Positions 45,581-54,320 of a stretch of DNA of 64,000 nucleotides are shown here, piece after piece (positions within the stretch are counted from its first letter, which is position 1; each line of letters starts with the position of its first letter). The translations under genes and the position numbers were made by a program. Where the stretch lies: contig OZ246412.1 of NCBI GenBank assembly GCA_965231075.1, positions 321,587 to 385,586 of the forward strand, given 5' to 3'. The stretch comes from an uncultured Candidatus Saccharibacteria bacterium. Lineage in GTDB: Bacteria > Patescibacteriota > Minisyncoccia > RBG-13-40-8-A. The notes beneath the pieces are model-generated. The model was not told the origin of the DNA. It made no database searches and was given only the letters and a program-made list of their open reading frames with translations.

Positions 45581-47118
45581 TTTTTATCACCCACTGCTTT
45601 TTTGATTGCCTCGCGGACACTGGCTAGATCGATTTCCATTTTTTTCTTGACCTGTGATGGTGGGGGCATTTGTGGTTTTTTTTCTCGTTCTTTTTGTAAA
45701 CAATTCGCACAGTAAACTGGTCTTTTTCCGTCGGGAGCAAAAGCAACTTTAGTTTTCTTGCCACAATTTGCGCAAATAGTTTCGAATCTTTTCCCGCTTT
45801 TTTCCTCCTCGGGCTCGAGTCCTTCATTCCATCTCGCAATCTTTTCTTCAACAATCTTTCTCGGCACAGCATATCTTTCTCGAGAAATTTTAATTGTCGT
45901 TTCTTTATATGATTTATCAGGAACTGGAGGAATTTTGGTCGTGGAAGCACTGAAAGCGCGCGAAGCGAATCCATTAACCATTAATTTCAAATAGATATTA
46001 TAATTGGGAATATTGACTAAATCATCAATGGTAAATGCTGGCAGAAATTCTTTTTCCAAAAATTCCGCATCGTCGGCACCCACCCTGAATGTAATTATTG
46101 TTCCCACGTTTCCAAAAATTGCGTCTCTTACTTTTGTATTTCTACCCTTATCACCCATGGTTTCAAGTTGCGCAACATATTGGTGGGCAAGGATTAAACA
46201 TAATTTATATTTTCTGGCTTCTGATAATGTGGTTGCAAACGCATCAGTAGCAAAGTTTTGAAATTCATCAACATAAAGATAAAAATCCTTTCTTTCTTCT
46301 TCGGCCATATCGGCTCTTTCCATGGCTGCTAATTGTAATTTGGTAATCACTAACGCGCCCAATAACTGTGAAGCATCTTCTCCAATTTTGCCCTTGGGCA
46401 AATTAACAATCAAAATCTTTTGATTGTCCATTATCTCTCGCATATTAATCGAAGATTTGACTTGCCCGATAATATTTCGAATAAGTGGCGTAGTAATGAA
46501 TTGACCAACTTTATTTTGAATTGGTGCCACTGCTTCTTCTCTGAATTTGTCGGGATATTTGGCAAATTCATTATTCCAAAAAGATTTAACTCCTGGATCG
46601 GTAATTTTTTCTACTACCTTTTGTCGGTAATCTTTGTCAGCCAATAAACGATTAATGCCTAAAAGCGTTGCTCCGGGATATTCCAACAGCGCTAAGATTG
46701 AATTTCTTAAAATGTACTCCATTCTTGCCGACCAAACATCCGGCCAAATCTTTTTAAATACGCCCATTAATCCCGATGCAATCAGATAGCGATATTCTGA
46801 ATCCACTTTTTCCATAATATTAAAAGTTATGGGAAAATCAACATCAGCAGGATTAAAATAAATTACGTCATTTACCCTGTTTGAAGGAATATAATCCAAC
46901 ATTTTTTCAGCAAACTCACCGTGTGGATCAACAACTGCCAAACCACTTCCATTCTGAATGTCTTGAATCGCCATGTTCTTTAATAATTCTGACTTACCCA
47001 CACCAGTTTTTCCAATAATATAAGTATGCTGACGCCTGTCTTTGGTTTTAATACCAAATCTGACCTTATGATTACGAAAGCTGGTTTCACCTAGGATTGT
47101 AATATCTTGTTCACTCAT
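45574..47118 (-). CDS. 514-aa soluble HerA/VirD4-like (DUF87) P-loop ATPase with a C-terminal zinc ribbon; split version
   Basis: IIGKTGVGKSE...VVDPHGEF; FYLYVDEFQNF; ILAHQY; C-terminal CANCGKK...YCANC. Confidence 0.7.
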   Translation of the reverse strand: MSEQDITILGETSFRNHKVRFGIKTKDRRQHTYIIGKTGVGKSELLKNMAIQDIQNGSGLAVVDPHGEFAEKMLDYIPSNRVNDVIYFNPADVDFPITFNIMEKVDSEYRYLIASGLMGVFKKIWPDVWSARMEYILRNSILALLEYPGATLLGINRLLADKDYRQKVVEKITDPGVKSFWNNEFAKYPDKFREEAVAPIQNKVGQFITTPLIRNIIGQVKSSINMREIMDNQKILIVNLPKGKIGEDASQLLGALVITKLQLAAMERADMAEEERKDFYLYVDEFQNFATDAFATTLSEARKYKLCLILAHQYVAQLETMGDKGRNTKVRDAIFGNVGTIITFRVGADDAEFLEKEFLPAFTIDDLVNIPNYNIYLKLMVNGFASRAFSASTTKIPPVPDKSYKETTIKISRERYAVPRKIVEEKIARWNEGLEPEEEKSGKRFETICANCGKKTKVAFAPDGKRPVYCANCLQKEREKKPQMPPPSQVKKKMEIDLASVREAIKKAVGDKKE

Positions 47119-48386
47119 ATAATTGGAAGATCGGTTGGCGGACTACCCTTCTTCGCTCCGATCTTAGATAGTTTTTCGGCTTCAACAAATGTTCCTGGAA
47201 TATGAAAAATTGTCGCCAATTCTTCGGTATTAAAGATAAATCCTCTGGTTTTAATTTTATGTCCAGGAAAAACTCTTTTTTTAAACAATCCAACAAAAAA
47301 TCTTTTTTGACCAATTTCTCTTCTCTTTTTAAATATTTTCCCTCTGCCCGGAGTAACTTTTTTATTGGCCTTAAATCCATTTAAATTTAAAGTATTAAAT
47401 TGTCTAAAAAATCCTGCCGCAACAGTGGGCTTGTCTTTATTAAAAATTTCTTTCGGCGCCCAATACATAAATCGGATCATGGTCTTAAAACCAATTTTGG
47501 CGATGTTTTGTTCTATCGCTAAGACAATCTCCTTTTGTCCAGGTGTTAGAAATGGAGTTAGCGCTTTTACTTCTTCTTTCTTTTTTTCTCCTTCTCCGCC
47601 AAAACCAAAAAGTTCAGTTATTCCAAATCCGAGTGCGGTAAGCCAACTTTTACCTTCCTCTACAATCAATAATCCTTTTTTCTTGTCTGCTTTTACCTCT
47701 TTGCCAACTAACTTACCAACCAACTTTTCTCCTGCTTCCTTCCATTTATCATCTGCGGGATTAATGAGAATGTGTATCCCAATACTCTCTCTTGGGTCTA
47801 GACTACTCAAAAATTCAAATAGACCAGCGATTGGATCGGTTCTTTCTTCTTCCTCTTTGTCTTCGAAAAACACCGGATAAGTTCTTATAGGATAAGCATC
47901 GGGTTTGTTTAAAATCAGTTCCGTGCCCCAGGCATCAAAATCTTTGGTCGGCGTACCTGCCGGGATGTCGGAAACATAATCTTCTGCCTCAATGATTTCG
48001 ATTTGTGGATATTGTGCATATAAATGTGATTCAATTAAATTTCTGTATTTGGATTCGGTTCTGATATAAAAACGAATCTCTCCCCCGTGTCCTAAAATTT
48101 CAACACTAAACCAAGGCGGTAATGTGCCCTTTAAATATCGATCTTTTTTCTTGGGATTCTTTTCTGTGGCATGAAGACCAGCGAAAAACTGTTCCATTGC
48201 CTTGGGAGTTTTAATCACCTCGCGAGGAAATTTTATCTCTAGCATTATCCATTTTAGTCCCATTAAATACTTCTTAGTCATATAGTTAAGCCAGTATTTA
48301 TTTAAAAATAAAAAAAGAGCTACCGGTGCAATAATCCACCAAAAGCTCGAAAATATATCTTTATAGATATTTAAAATTTCCTCCAT
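47115..48386 (-). CDS. 423-aa membrane-anchored protein homologous to the N-domain of the fused ATPase at 35547-37994
   Basis: N-terminal TM helix. Collinear blocks LEIKFPREV / LVRIPREA, YPQIEI / YPKAIV, NTEELATIFHIPGT / NSEEIASVFHFPLT. ATGA overlap with the downstream ATPase. Confidence 0.65.
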   Translation of the reverse strand: MEEILNIYKDIFSSFWWIIAPVALFLFLNKYWLNYMTKKYLMGLKWIMLEIKFPREVIKTPKAMEQFFAGLHATEKNPKKKDRYLKGTLPPWFSVEILGHGGEIRFYIRTESKYRNLIESHLYAQYPQIEIIEAEDYVSDIPAGTPTKDFDAWGTELILNKPDAYPIRTYPVFFEDKEEEERTDPIAGLFEFLSSLDPRESIGIHILINPADDKWKEAGEKLVGKLVGKEVKADKKKGLLIVEEGKSWLTALGFGITELFGFGGEGEKKKEEVKALTPFLTPGQKEIVLAIEQNIAKIGFKTMIRFMYWAPKEIFNKDKPTVAAGFFRQFNTLNLNGFKANKKVTPGRGKIFKKRREIGQKRFFVGLFKKRVFPGHKIKTRGFIFNTEELATIFHIPGTFVEAEKLSKIGAKKGSPPTDLPII

Positions 48387-48433
48387 TTAGATTACTTACC
48401 CCAACACAAGACTAGGGTTAATTTAAAATTTAA

Positions 48434-49474
48434 CTAAGCAGCAACGTACTTACCGTCTTCCATTCTTCTGACTTTCGGAGAACGGTGAAGATTTAAAACA
48501 ATTGTATTTGGTCTCACCTGTCTTTTTTGTAGAACCAAATCAACAATCTCTTTCTTGGTTAACGGTTTTTTGTTTTCTGATAAAACCTTATAAATGACAT
48601 CTTCTACGGTTCCTGATTCATATCCCCATTCGTTAAGTGCATAGGTTCCGCGTCCAATTAAAATAAATCTCGGATCTTTGATTAGTTCGTTGTGAACTGT
48701 TTGGGTATATGCTGGCTTATCTACGAAGGTTTTGTTAATCAATTCTGTGATTGCTGTGAAGTGTTTGGGATTACCGTCTTTCTTTAATAATAAATAAGCT
48801 CGATCCTTCACTCCTTGTGGAGTAATGTCTGGCCATAAACTCAGGCCAATTTCGCCAAAAATATTTTTATTAATATCTCGTGCAATCTCTAAGACAACAC
48901 TAAACATTTTGGGCGGAATATTAGAATGTTTTTTAGAAAGTAAATCCATAACCTCCGTTTCATGAAAAACTTTATTATTCTTTTTGAAATGATCGATTAG
49001 AAAATCAACTATCTTTTGCGCCCTTTCTTTGGCGGTATCGTGACTAATCCAGTAAGGATGGAATTTATTGTCCTTAACCACTCTTTTAAATGGCTCTCCT
49101 ATGGTTAACGTTAAATAAACCTGACCTCTTATTGGACGTAATTCTTTTGTTCCAGTTGCTAAAGAATACAAATAATCTTCACCCATAATGTGTCCGTGTT
49201 CGGCAAATAGTTCATTCAAAAAATCAAAAGCGGCATTAAATAATGGTAACACTTTGTCGGATTTTAATATTTTTAATCCGTTTTCTTCTAATTGTCTCAC
49301 CCGTTCTCTGGTTATGCCATGATCTTTACCGATCGCCTCTAATGTTTCAGTTTTACCATCTTTTAAGCCAAATCTGCGCTCAACAACTTCCCGAACCCTA
49401 GGATTGGTTAGGTAATTGATGGCTTTTTCAATTTTTTTAGAAATATCTTTAGAAAAAGTTGATTTTTTTGACAT
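48434..49474 (-). CDS. Sigma-70 region-4 HTH domain protein with a large C-terminal domain
   Basis: REVVERRFGLKDGKTETLEAIGKDHGITRERVRQLEENGLKILK, the classic region 4.2 helix-turn-helix. Confidence 0.6.
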   Translation of the reverse strand: MSKKSTFSKDISKKIEKAINYLTNPRVREVVERRFGLKDGKTETLEAIGKDHGITRERVRQLEENGLKILKSDKVLPLFNAAFDFLNELFAEHGHIMGEDYLYSLATGTKELRPIRGQVYLTLTIGEPFKRVVKDNKFHPYWISHDTAKERAQKIVDFLIDHFKKNNKVFHETEVMDLLSKKHSNIPPKMFSVVLEIARDINKNIFGEIGLSLWPDITPQGVKDRAYLLLKKDGNPKHFTAITELINKTFVDKPAYTQTVHNELIKDPRFILIGRGTYALNEWGYESGTVEDVIYKVLSENKKPLTKKEIVDLVLQKRQVRPNTIVLNLHRSPKVRRMEDGKYVAA

Positions 49475-49579
49475 ACATTTTTTATCCCTCTTTTATTAAA
49501 AGATTATATTTTTTATAAATATAATATACTATATTAAAAATAACCTGTCAAGCCTGCTCCGACCCCGCGTTAGGGCCTT

Positions 49580-50467
49580 TTAATTCTTGCCCTTAAGTCC
49601 CCAAGAAACTAAAATTGAACTAGCGACAAATAAAGAAGTGTAGGTTCCAACAATAATCCCCACGATTAAAGTTAATGAGAAATATTTTAGTGTTTCTCCC
49701 CCCAGGAAGAACAAAACAAACAAAACAATCAACGTACAGGCTCCTGTACTTAACGATCTACCAAGTATTTGGTTTAAGCTTTTATTAACCGTATCAGAAA
49801 AATTATCGGATCTTTCTTTTAAAATATTCTCTCTTACTCGATCAAAAACAATAACCTTGTCATTGATCGTGTAACCTAAAATAGTTAATAGTGCTGCAAC
49901 AATCGCTACGTTGAATTGCACATTATAAAATCTTCCCAACAAAATTAAAACCAATAAAGTCACAATTAGGTCCAATAAAAGCGTGACGATAGAGACAATC
50001 CCATATTGCCAACTAGCAATTGGCCACTTTAATTTCCTAAAAGAAATGGCAATATAGGTCAACAAAGAAACCAAAGAAATAACCGCTAGAGCGATGGTTT
50101 TGTCTTTTAATTCCCTGCCAATGGTTGGACCAATGCTTTCAAATCTTTTCTCTTGTATCGGTGAAATTTCGTTTAACTTGGAAAGCATTTCTTGATGCGT
50201 GTCTTCGTTAATATCTTTAAATCTCAAAATCACACCATTATTATCGGTTGGTTGGATAACAATTTCGCCTAAATTAAAACTGTTCAACTTTTCTTGAATT
50301 GCAGCATTAGTCGGCCTATTTTCGAAGTTTACCTCCCAAAGTGTTCCACCTAGAAAATCGATACCTAAATTTAAGCCAAATATCATCAAACAACCAATTG
50401 TTGCCAATATCAACACGATGGCGAAAAAATAATTTAACTTATGATATTTGATAAAATTTATTTTCAT
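49580..50467 (-). CDS. secF: Protein translocase subunit SecF
   Basis: 295 aa, 6-TM SecF topology; 4-nt overlap with secD. Confidence 0.8.
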   Translation of the reverse strand: MKINFIKYHKLNYFFAIVLILATIGCLMIFGLNLGIDFLGGTLWEVNFENRPTNAAIQEKLNSFNLGEIVIQPTDNNGVILRFKDINEDTHQEMLSKLNEISPIQEKRFESIGPTIGRELKDKTIALAVISLVSLLTYIAISFRKLKWPIASWQYGIVSIVTLLLDLIVTLLVLILLGRFYNVQFNVAIVAALLTILGYTINDKVIVFDRVRENILKERSDNFSDTVNKSLNQILGRSLSTGACTLIVLFVLFFLGGETLKYFSLTLIVGIIVGTYTSLFVASSILVSWGLKGKN

Positions 50468-51870
50468 AGCCAGATTTTCTTTCTTCCTTCTCTTGATCCA
50501 GAAAAGAATTTAATTAAATATTTAGTAATGATAATTGCAGAAAATATACTAATAATGTTTCCCAAGATAAGTGTTAGTGCAAATCCTTTAACAAATCCTG
50601 TGCCAAATAAAAATAAAATAATTCCCACTAAAATTGTCGTAAAATTACCATCACGAATCGATGACCACGCCTTTTTAATTCCATTGTCCAGCGCATCTGA
50701 AAAATGTCTTCCTTGTTGTAGCTCTTCTTTGGTACGAGAAAATATTAAAATATTGGCATCCACGGCCATACCCATTGATAATAAAAATCCAGCGATACCA
50801 GCCAAGGTCAGGGTTACCGGAACAAGCTTAAATACGCTTAATAATGTAACAATGTAAATAATTAAAGAAATCGAAGCAAATAGCCCGCTTAATCGGTAAA
50901 ACACAATCATGAATAAAAATATAATCAAAAATCCGATAATTCCCGCTTTTAAGCTCTGGTTTAATGATTCTTGACCTAAAGAGGCCTCAATGTTTTGTTG
51001 GCTAACCAAGTTGATTGGTACTGGCAATGCCCCGGCGTTTAATCTTTCAGCAAGTTGTTTGGCTTCTTTCTGGGTAAAATTACCACTGATTTGCGCCTTG
51101 CCACTGGGAATTTCTTCGTTGACAGTTGGGATGCTTATTGGCGCTCCATCAAGATAAATTGCCAGTTTTTTACCGATGTTTTTCTTAGTTAATTCAGCAA
51201 ATAACTTTGTGCCCTCGTCATTAAAATCCAAAGTAACGTATGGTTGAATTGTGGTCTGATCAAAAGTTAATTGTGAATTCTTTAAGAATCTTCCGGTAAG
51301 TTGAGTGGAAACAAAATATGGATCAAGCATTAATGCATTTTCATCGCCCGCTTCTTGGGCTTTTAAAATCGCGTCTGTTTCTTCAGCACTTCTTTCTTCC
51401 TTGAATTCCAAATAAGGTGTTTCGCCAATCATTTTAATGGCTTCGTGGGTATCTTTAACCCCTGGTAAATCAACGATTAGTCGGTAGGAGTCCTCGGTTT
51501 TGTTAATTTGAACAATTGCCTCAGAAACACCAAACATATTTACTCTTCTCTCGATGACATCTCGGATACCACTTAAAGAACCGTCTCGATCTGCTTCATC
51601 GATACTGGAAAGATCAGCCAAATAAATTAAATGTGTCCCGCCCTGTAGATCTAGTCCCAATTTGAATGGCACCTTAAAAAATGTGGGCAATCCTAGATGG
51701 ATATTGTCGTTAATCCAATTAACTGAACTGTCCCAGATTTTGGGATATACTAAACTTCCTGTTAAAACAACAAAAATAAAAATCCCTAGCACAATAAGCC
51801 GGATTTTATTTTTTTGTTTTACTGCATGTCCTGTTTTTGGGACAACGGATTGATTCTTTATAAATGCCAT
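50464..51870 (-). CDS. secD: Protein translocase subunit SecD
   Basis: 468 aa, periplasmic P1 domain plus 6 TM helices. Confidence 0.8.
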   Translation of the reverse strand: MAFIKNQSVVPKTGHAVKQKNKIRLIVLGIFIFVVLTGSLVYPKIWDSSVNWINDNIHLGLPTFFKVPFKLGLDLQGGTHLIYLADLSSIDEADRDGSLSGIRDVIERRVNMFGVSEAIVQINKTEDSYRLIVDLPGVKDTHEAIKMIGETPYLEFKEERSAEETDAILKAQEAGDENALMLDPYFVSTQLTGRFLKNSQLTFDQTTIQPYVTLDFNDEGTKLFAELTKKNIGKKLAIYLDGAPISIPTVNEEIPSGKAQISGNFTQKEAKQLAERLNAGALPVPINLVSQQNIEASLGQESLNQSLKAGIIGFLIIFLFMIVFYRLSGLFASISLIIYIVTLLSVFKLVPVTLTLAGIAGFLLSMGMAVDANILIFSRTKEELQQGRHFSDALDNGIKKAWSSIRDGNFTTILVGIILFLFGTGFVKGFALTLILGNIISIFSAIIITKYLIKFFSGSREGRKKIWL

Positions 51871-51915
51871 AGAAATTCTATCCTACAATAAAAAAATTTT
51901 TTTGTAAACCCTTGA

Positions 51916-52014
51916 TCACTTAATTGAAGAAAACAGCATAATACTTGCGATTATAATCCCAATAATCGCGACCGCGTAAAGTACTTCTAAAAGACTAAAT
52001 TTTTTAAATTTCAT
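51916..52014 (-). CDS. Possible 32-aa hydrophobic peptide with a type-IV-pilin-like N-terminal segment (MKFKKFSLLEVLYAVAIIGIIIASIMLFSSIK)
   Basis: Hand-translated. FSLLEVL with Glu at the pilin position, but no Gly at the cleavage site. Confidence 0.2.
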   Translation of the reverse strand: MKFKKFSLLEVLYAVAIIGIIIASIMLFSSIK

Positions 52015-52075
52015 AAATTTATTATAACACAAAAAAACAATAATAATAACAAGTCAAGTAGTAATGTTTCTCCTA

Positions 52076-52104
52076 TTGACAAAAGGCAACCAAAATGTTA
52101 TACT
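52076..52104 (+). promoter_or_regulatory. Promoter TTGACA-N17-TATACT of the 52150 cassette
   Basis: Followed by AAGGAGGT SD 5 nt before the ATG. Confidence 0.55.
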
Positions 52105-52149
52105 TATGGTGTAGTTGAAATACACTACTATTCTGAAAAGGAGGTCGAT

Positions 52150-52545
52150 ATGACCAAGAAAATCCTTTACGCTCTTTTCATCGTGTTCGTGGTCGGTATC
52201 CTGGCCAACGCCGGGTACCACATCGGCGAGATCTGGGGTTCGGTCCAGGGGGACGTCGTCGACCCCACGTTCGTCCAGAGCTTTCTGGCCGGACCGGACA
52301 AGGTTCTCGATTTCGAGAAGGACATCGATTCGACAGTCCAGGGAATCGTCTTCACGTTACTGGGAATCCCCTTCCTGGTCATCGTGCTTCTTCTCTGGAT
52401 CGTCTACTTCCTGTTCTTCGGAGAGCTGTTCCGGTTCATCGGGGTTCTCCCGTCGATCCTGGCCACGCTGGCCAGCATCGTGATCGCGGTGATCTGCCTC
52501 AAGCGGAGCCGCGAGAACAAGACCACAACCACGACCACGACCTGA
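52150..52545 (+). CDS. GC-rich 131-aa membrane protein with a poly-Thr C-terminus; alien cassette
   Basis: About 3 TM helices, ...ENKTTTTTTT, G/C codon bias. Confidence 0.55.
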   Translation: MTKKILYALFIVFVVGILANAGYHIGEIWGSVQGDVVDPTFVQSFLAGPDKVLDFEKDIDSTVQGIVFTLLGIPFLVIVLLLWIVYFLFFGELFRFIGVLPSILATLASIVIAVICLKRSRENKTTTTTTT

Positions 52546-52569
52546 TCCTTCGGTCCTCGGAGGGGGACC

Positions 52570-52612
52570 AAATGGGCCAAGCGCAAGCGCTTGGCCCTAT
52601 TTTATTTCTTTA
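52570..52612 (+). terminator. Terminator of the 52150 cassette
   Basis: GGGCCAAGCGC-AA-GCGCTTGGCCC then TATTTTATTTCTTT. Confidence 0.7.
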
Positions 52613-52615
52613 AAA

Positions 52616-53635
52616 TTATTCGTATCTTTTTAGATCATCTTTAACCCTTTTAATAAACTTGCCGAACTGACGATCCTTTTGTCTTTTTTCTAGTTTATCC
52701 ATTTCGTAATATTCGGCCTCTTTCTTCAAATTGATATAATTATTGTATTGTTTTTTATCGAGCTCATTGGATTCAACAGCCGACAGAACCCTACATCCCG
52801 GTTCATGAGTATGTGTACAGTCAGCGTATTTGCACTCATTAGCTAAAACCGTTATTTTATCAAAAAAATTATCTATCCCTGTACTTATATCAGTTACCCC
52901 TACCTTGCGCATCCCGGGATTGTCTATAACCATGGCTCCGTTTTTTAGAAAAAACATTTCTCGGTTTGTGGTAACGTGTTTTCCTCTATTCGAATAAGTG
53001 CTAATGCTTTCAGTTTTAATAATATCTTCTTCGAGCAATTTGTTAATCAAAGAAGATTTCCCCACCCCCGAAGAACCAAGAAAACAATAGGTTTTATCTT
53101 TAATTAAATATTTTTTTAATTCATTTAGTCCTTCGTCTTTAATAACACTGGTGGGAATAAAATCAACGTCGGGAAATCGATTTTTTATTTCTAATATTTT
53201 TGAATTTAATTCTTCTTCTGTAATTAAGTCTGTTTTATTTAATATGATCACGGGCCTTATTCCTCCGTCGTTGACCATTGTGATATATCTTTCAAAGCGA
53301 TTTAAATTGTAATCCCTGCCAATCGATTCAACGATAAATGCCACATCAATATTTGTGGCAATAACTTGGTTCTCGTTTTTATCAACATATTTTCTTTTGA
53401 TAATCGTTCTTCTCGGCAATATTTTGCGGATTACTGCTTGCTCTTCGTTGAGTTCATCGATTTCTACCCAATCGCCAACGGCTGGATAATCTTCTCGGGA
53501 GGAAGCAACAAACATTTGCTTGCCGGTTATTTTGGCAAAATATTCTTTGTCTAAATTTTTAACCCGATAACCTCCCCGGTATTCCCCAATCACCCGCGCA
53601 GTTAAATTATTATTCTGTTCTGGTCCAGTTTTCAT
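52616..53635 (-). CDS. rsgA: Ribosome small-subunit-dependent GTPase A (circularly permuted GTPase)
   Basis: NKTDL (G4) precedes GSSGVGKSSLIN (G1); C-terminal CxxxHxxxPxC zinc motif. Confidence 0.85.
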   Translation of the reverse strand: MKTGPEQNNNLTARVIGEYRGGYRVKNLDKEYFAKITGKQMFVASSREDYPAVGDWVEIDELNEEQAVIRKILPRRTIIKRKYVDKNENQVIATNIDVAFIVESIGRDYNLNRFERYITMVNDGGIRPVIILNKTDLITEEELNSKILEIKNRFPDVDFIPTSVIKDEGLNELKKYLIKDKTYCFLGSSGVGKSSLINKLLEEDIIKTESISTYSNRGKHVTTNREMFFLKNGAMVIDNPGMRKVGVTDISTGIDNFFDKITVLANECKYADCTHTHEPGCRVLSAVESNELDKKQYNNYINLKKEAEYYEMDKLEKRQKDRQFGKFIKRVKDDLKRYE

Positions 53636-53638
53636 TTT

Positions 53639-53917
53639 TTATCTGTTTATATATTTTGCTTTTCTAATCGCGTATTTGGTCATTTCTTGTGCAGATATTC
53701 CAATCATTTCTGCGACCTGTTCAATGTAATCAGGATTTGCCGAATCGTTGCCTTCGTACGGAGCAAAAACTGCAAGATCCCCGATTATATCGTCGGGATT
53801 CATATCTTGTTCGGCAGCGATTTTTTCAATCAAACCATCAATTTCTTCTTCTCTTTGTTCAAAGCTTTTGATTTGTTCTGTTTTTGGTTTAAATGTTGGA
53901 AATTTTTCCTTTCCCAT
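53639..53917 (-). CDS. Hypothetical acidic 92-aa protein
   Basis: ORF only. Confidence 0.35.
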   Translation of the reverse strand: MGKEKFPTFKPKTEQIKSFEQREEEIDGLIEKIAAEQDMNPDDIIGDLAVFAPYEGNDSANPDYIEQVAEMIGISAQEMTKYAIRKAKYINR

Positions 53918-53924
53918 AATATTT

Positions 53925-54314
53925 TTACGTCTTATATTTTTCTACTATTTCGGTAGATACTATTTTTGCCTTAATTGTTTTATGTTCCAACTGGAATGCT
54001 TTTACGAGACGATGAACACCGTCGATTATCAACCATTTATCGTTTTTGTTTAATAACAGAATTGGAAATTGTAAATCGGCTTGCTCGACTCTTTGTTGGT
54101 GACCCATGCTCCCGTCAATTTTATTGATAACATCCCAAGGAGTTAAATTCCAGTCATCTGTTCCATCTTTTGCCCAAAATGGTATATCAAAGTTCCATAT
54201 TAATTTATCAATCTCGAAATCAACAACCGGCAAATCTAATTCTTGTATTTTCTTCACATCGCAATAAATTTCATATCCCGCATCAGTCAAAATTTTAGGT
54301 CTTTTCTCTGCCAT
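53925..54314 (-). CDS. Hypothetical 129-aa protein, possibly ParB/Srx-fold
   Basis: IIDGVHRL motif. Confidence 0.3.
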   Translation of the reverse strand: MAEKRPKILTDAGYEIYCDVKKIQELDLPVVDFEIDKLIWNFDIPFWAKDGTDDWNLTPWDVINKIDGSMGHQQRVEQADLQFPILLLNKNDKWLIIDGVHRLVKAFQLEHKTIKAKIVSTEIVEKYKT

Positions 54315-54320
54315 AACATA

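Noticed and set aside
47111-47380. 89-aa ORF overlapping the 3' end of the 423-aa gene
   Set aside because: Alternative frame of a gene with strong paralogue support.
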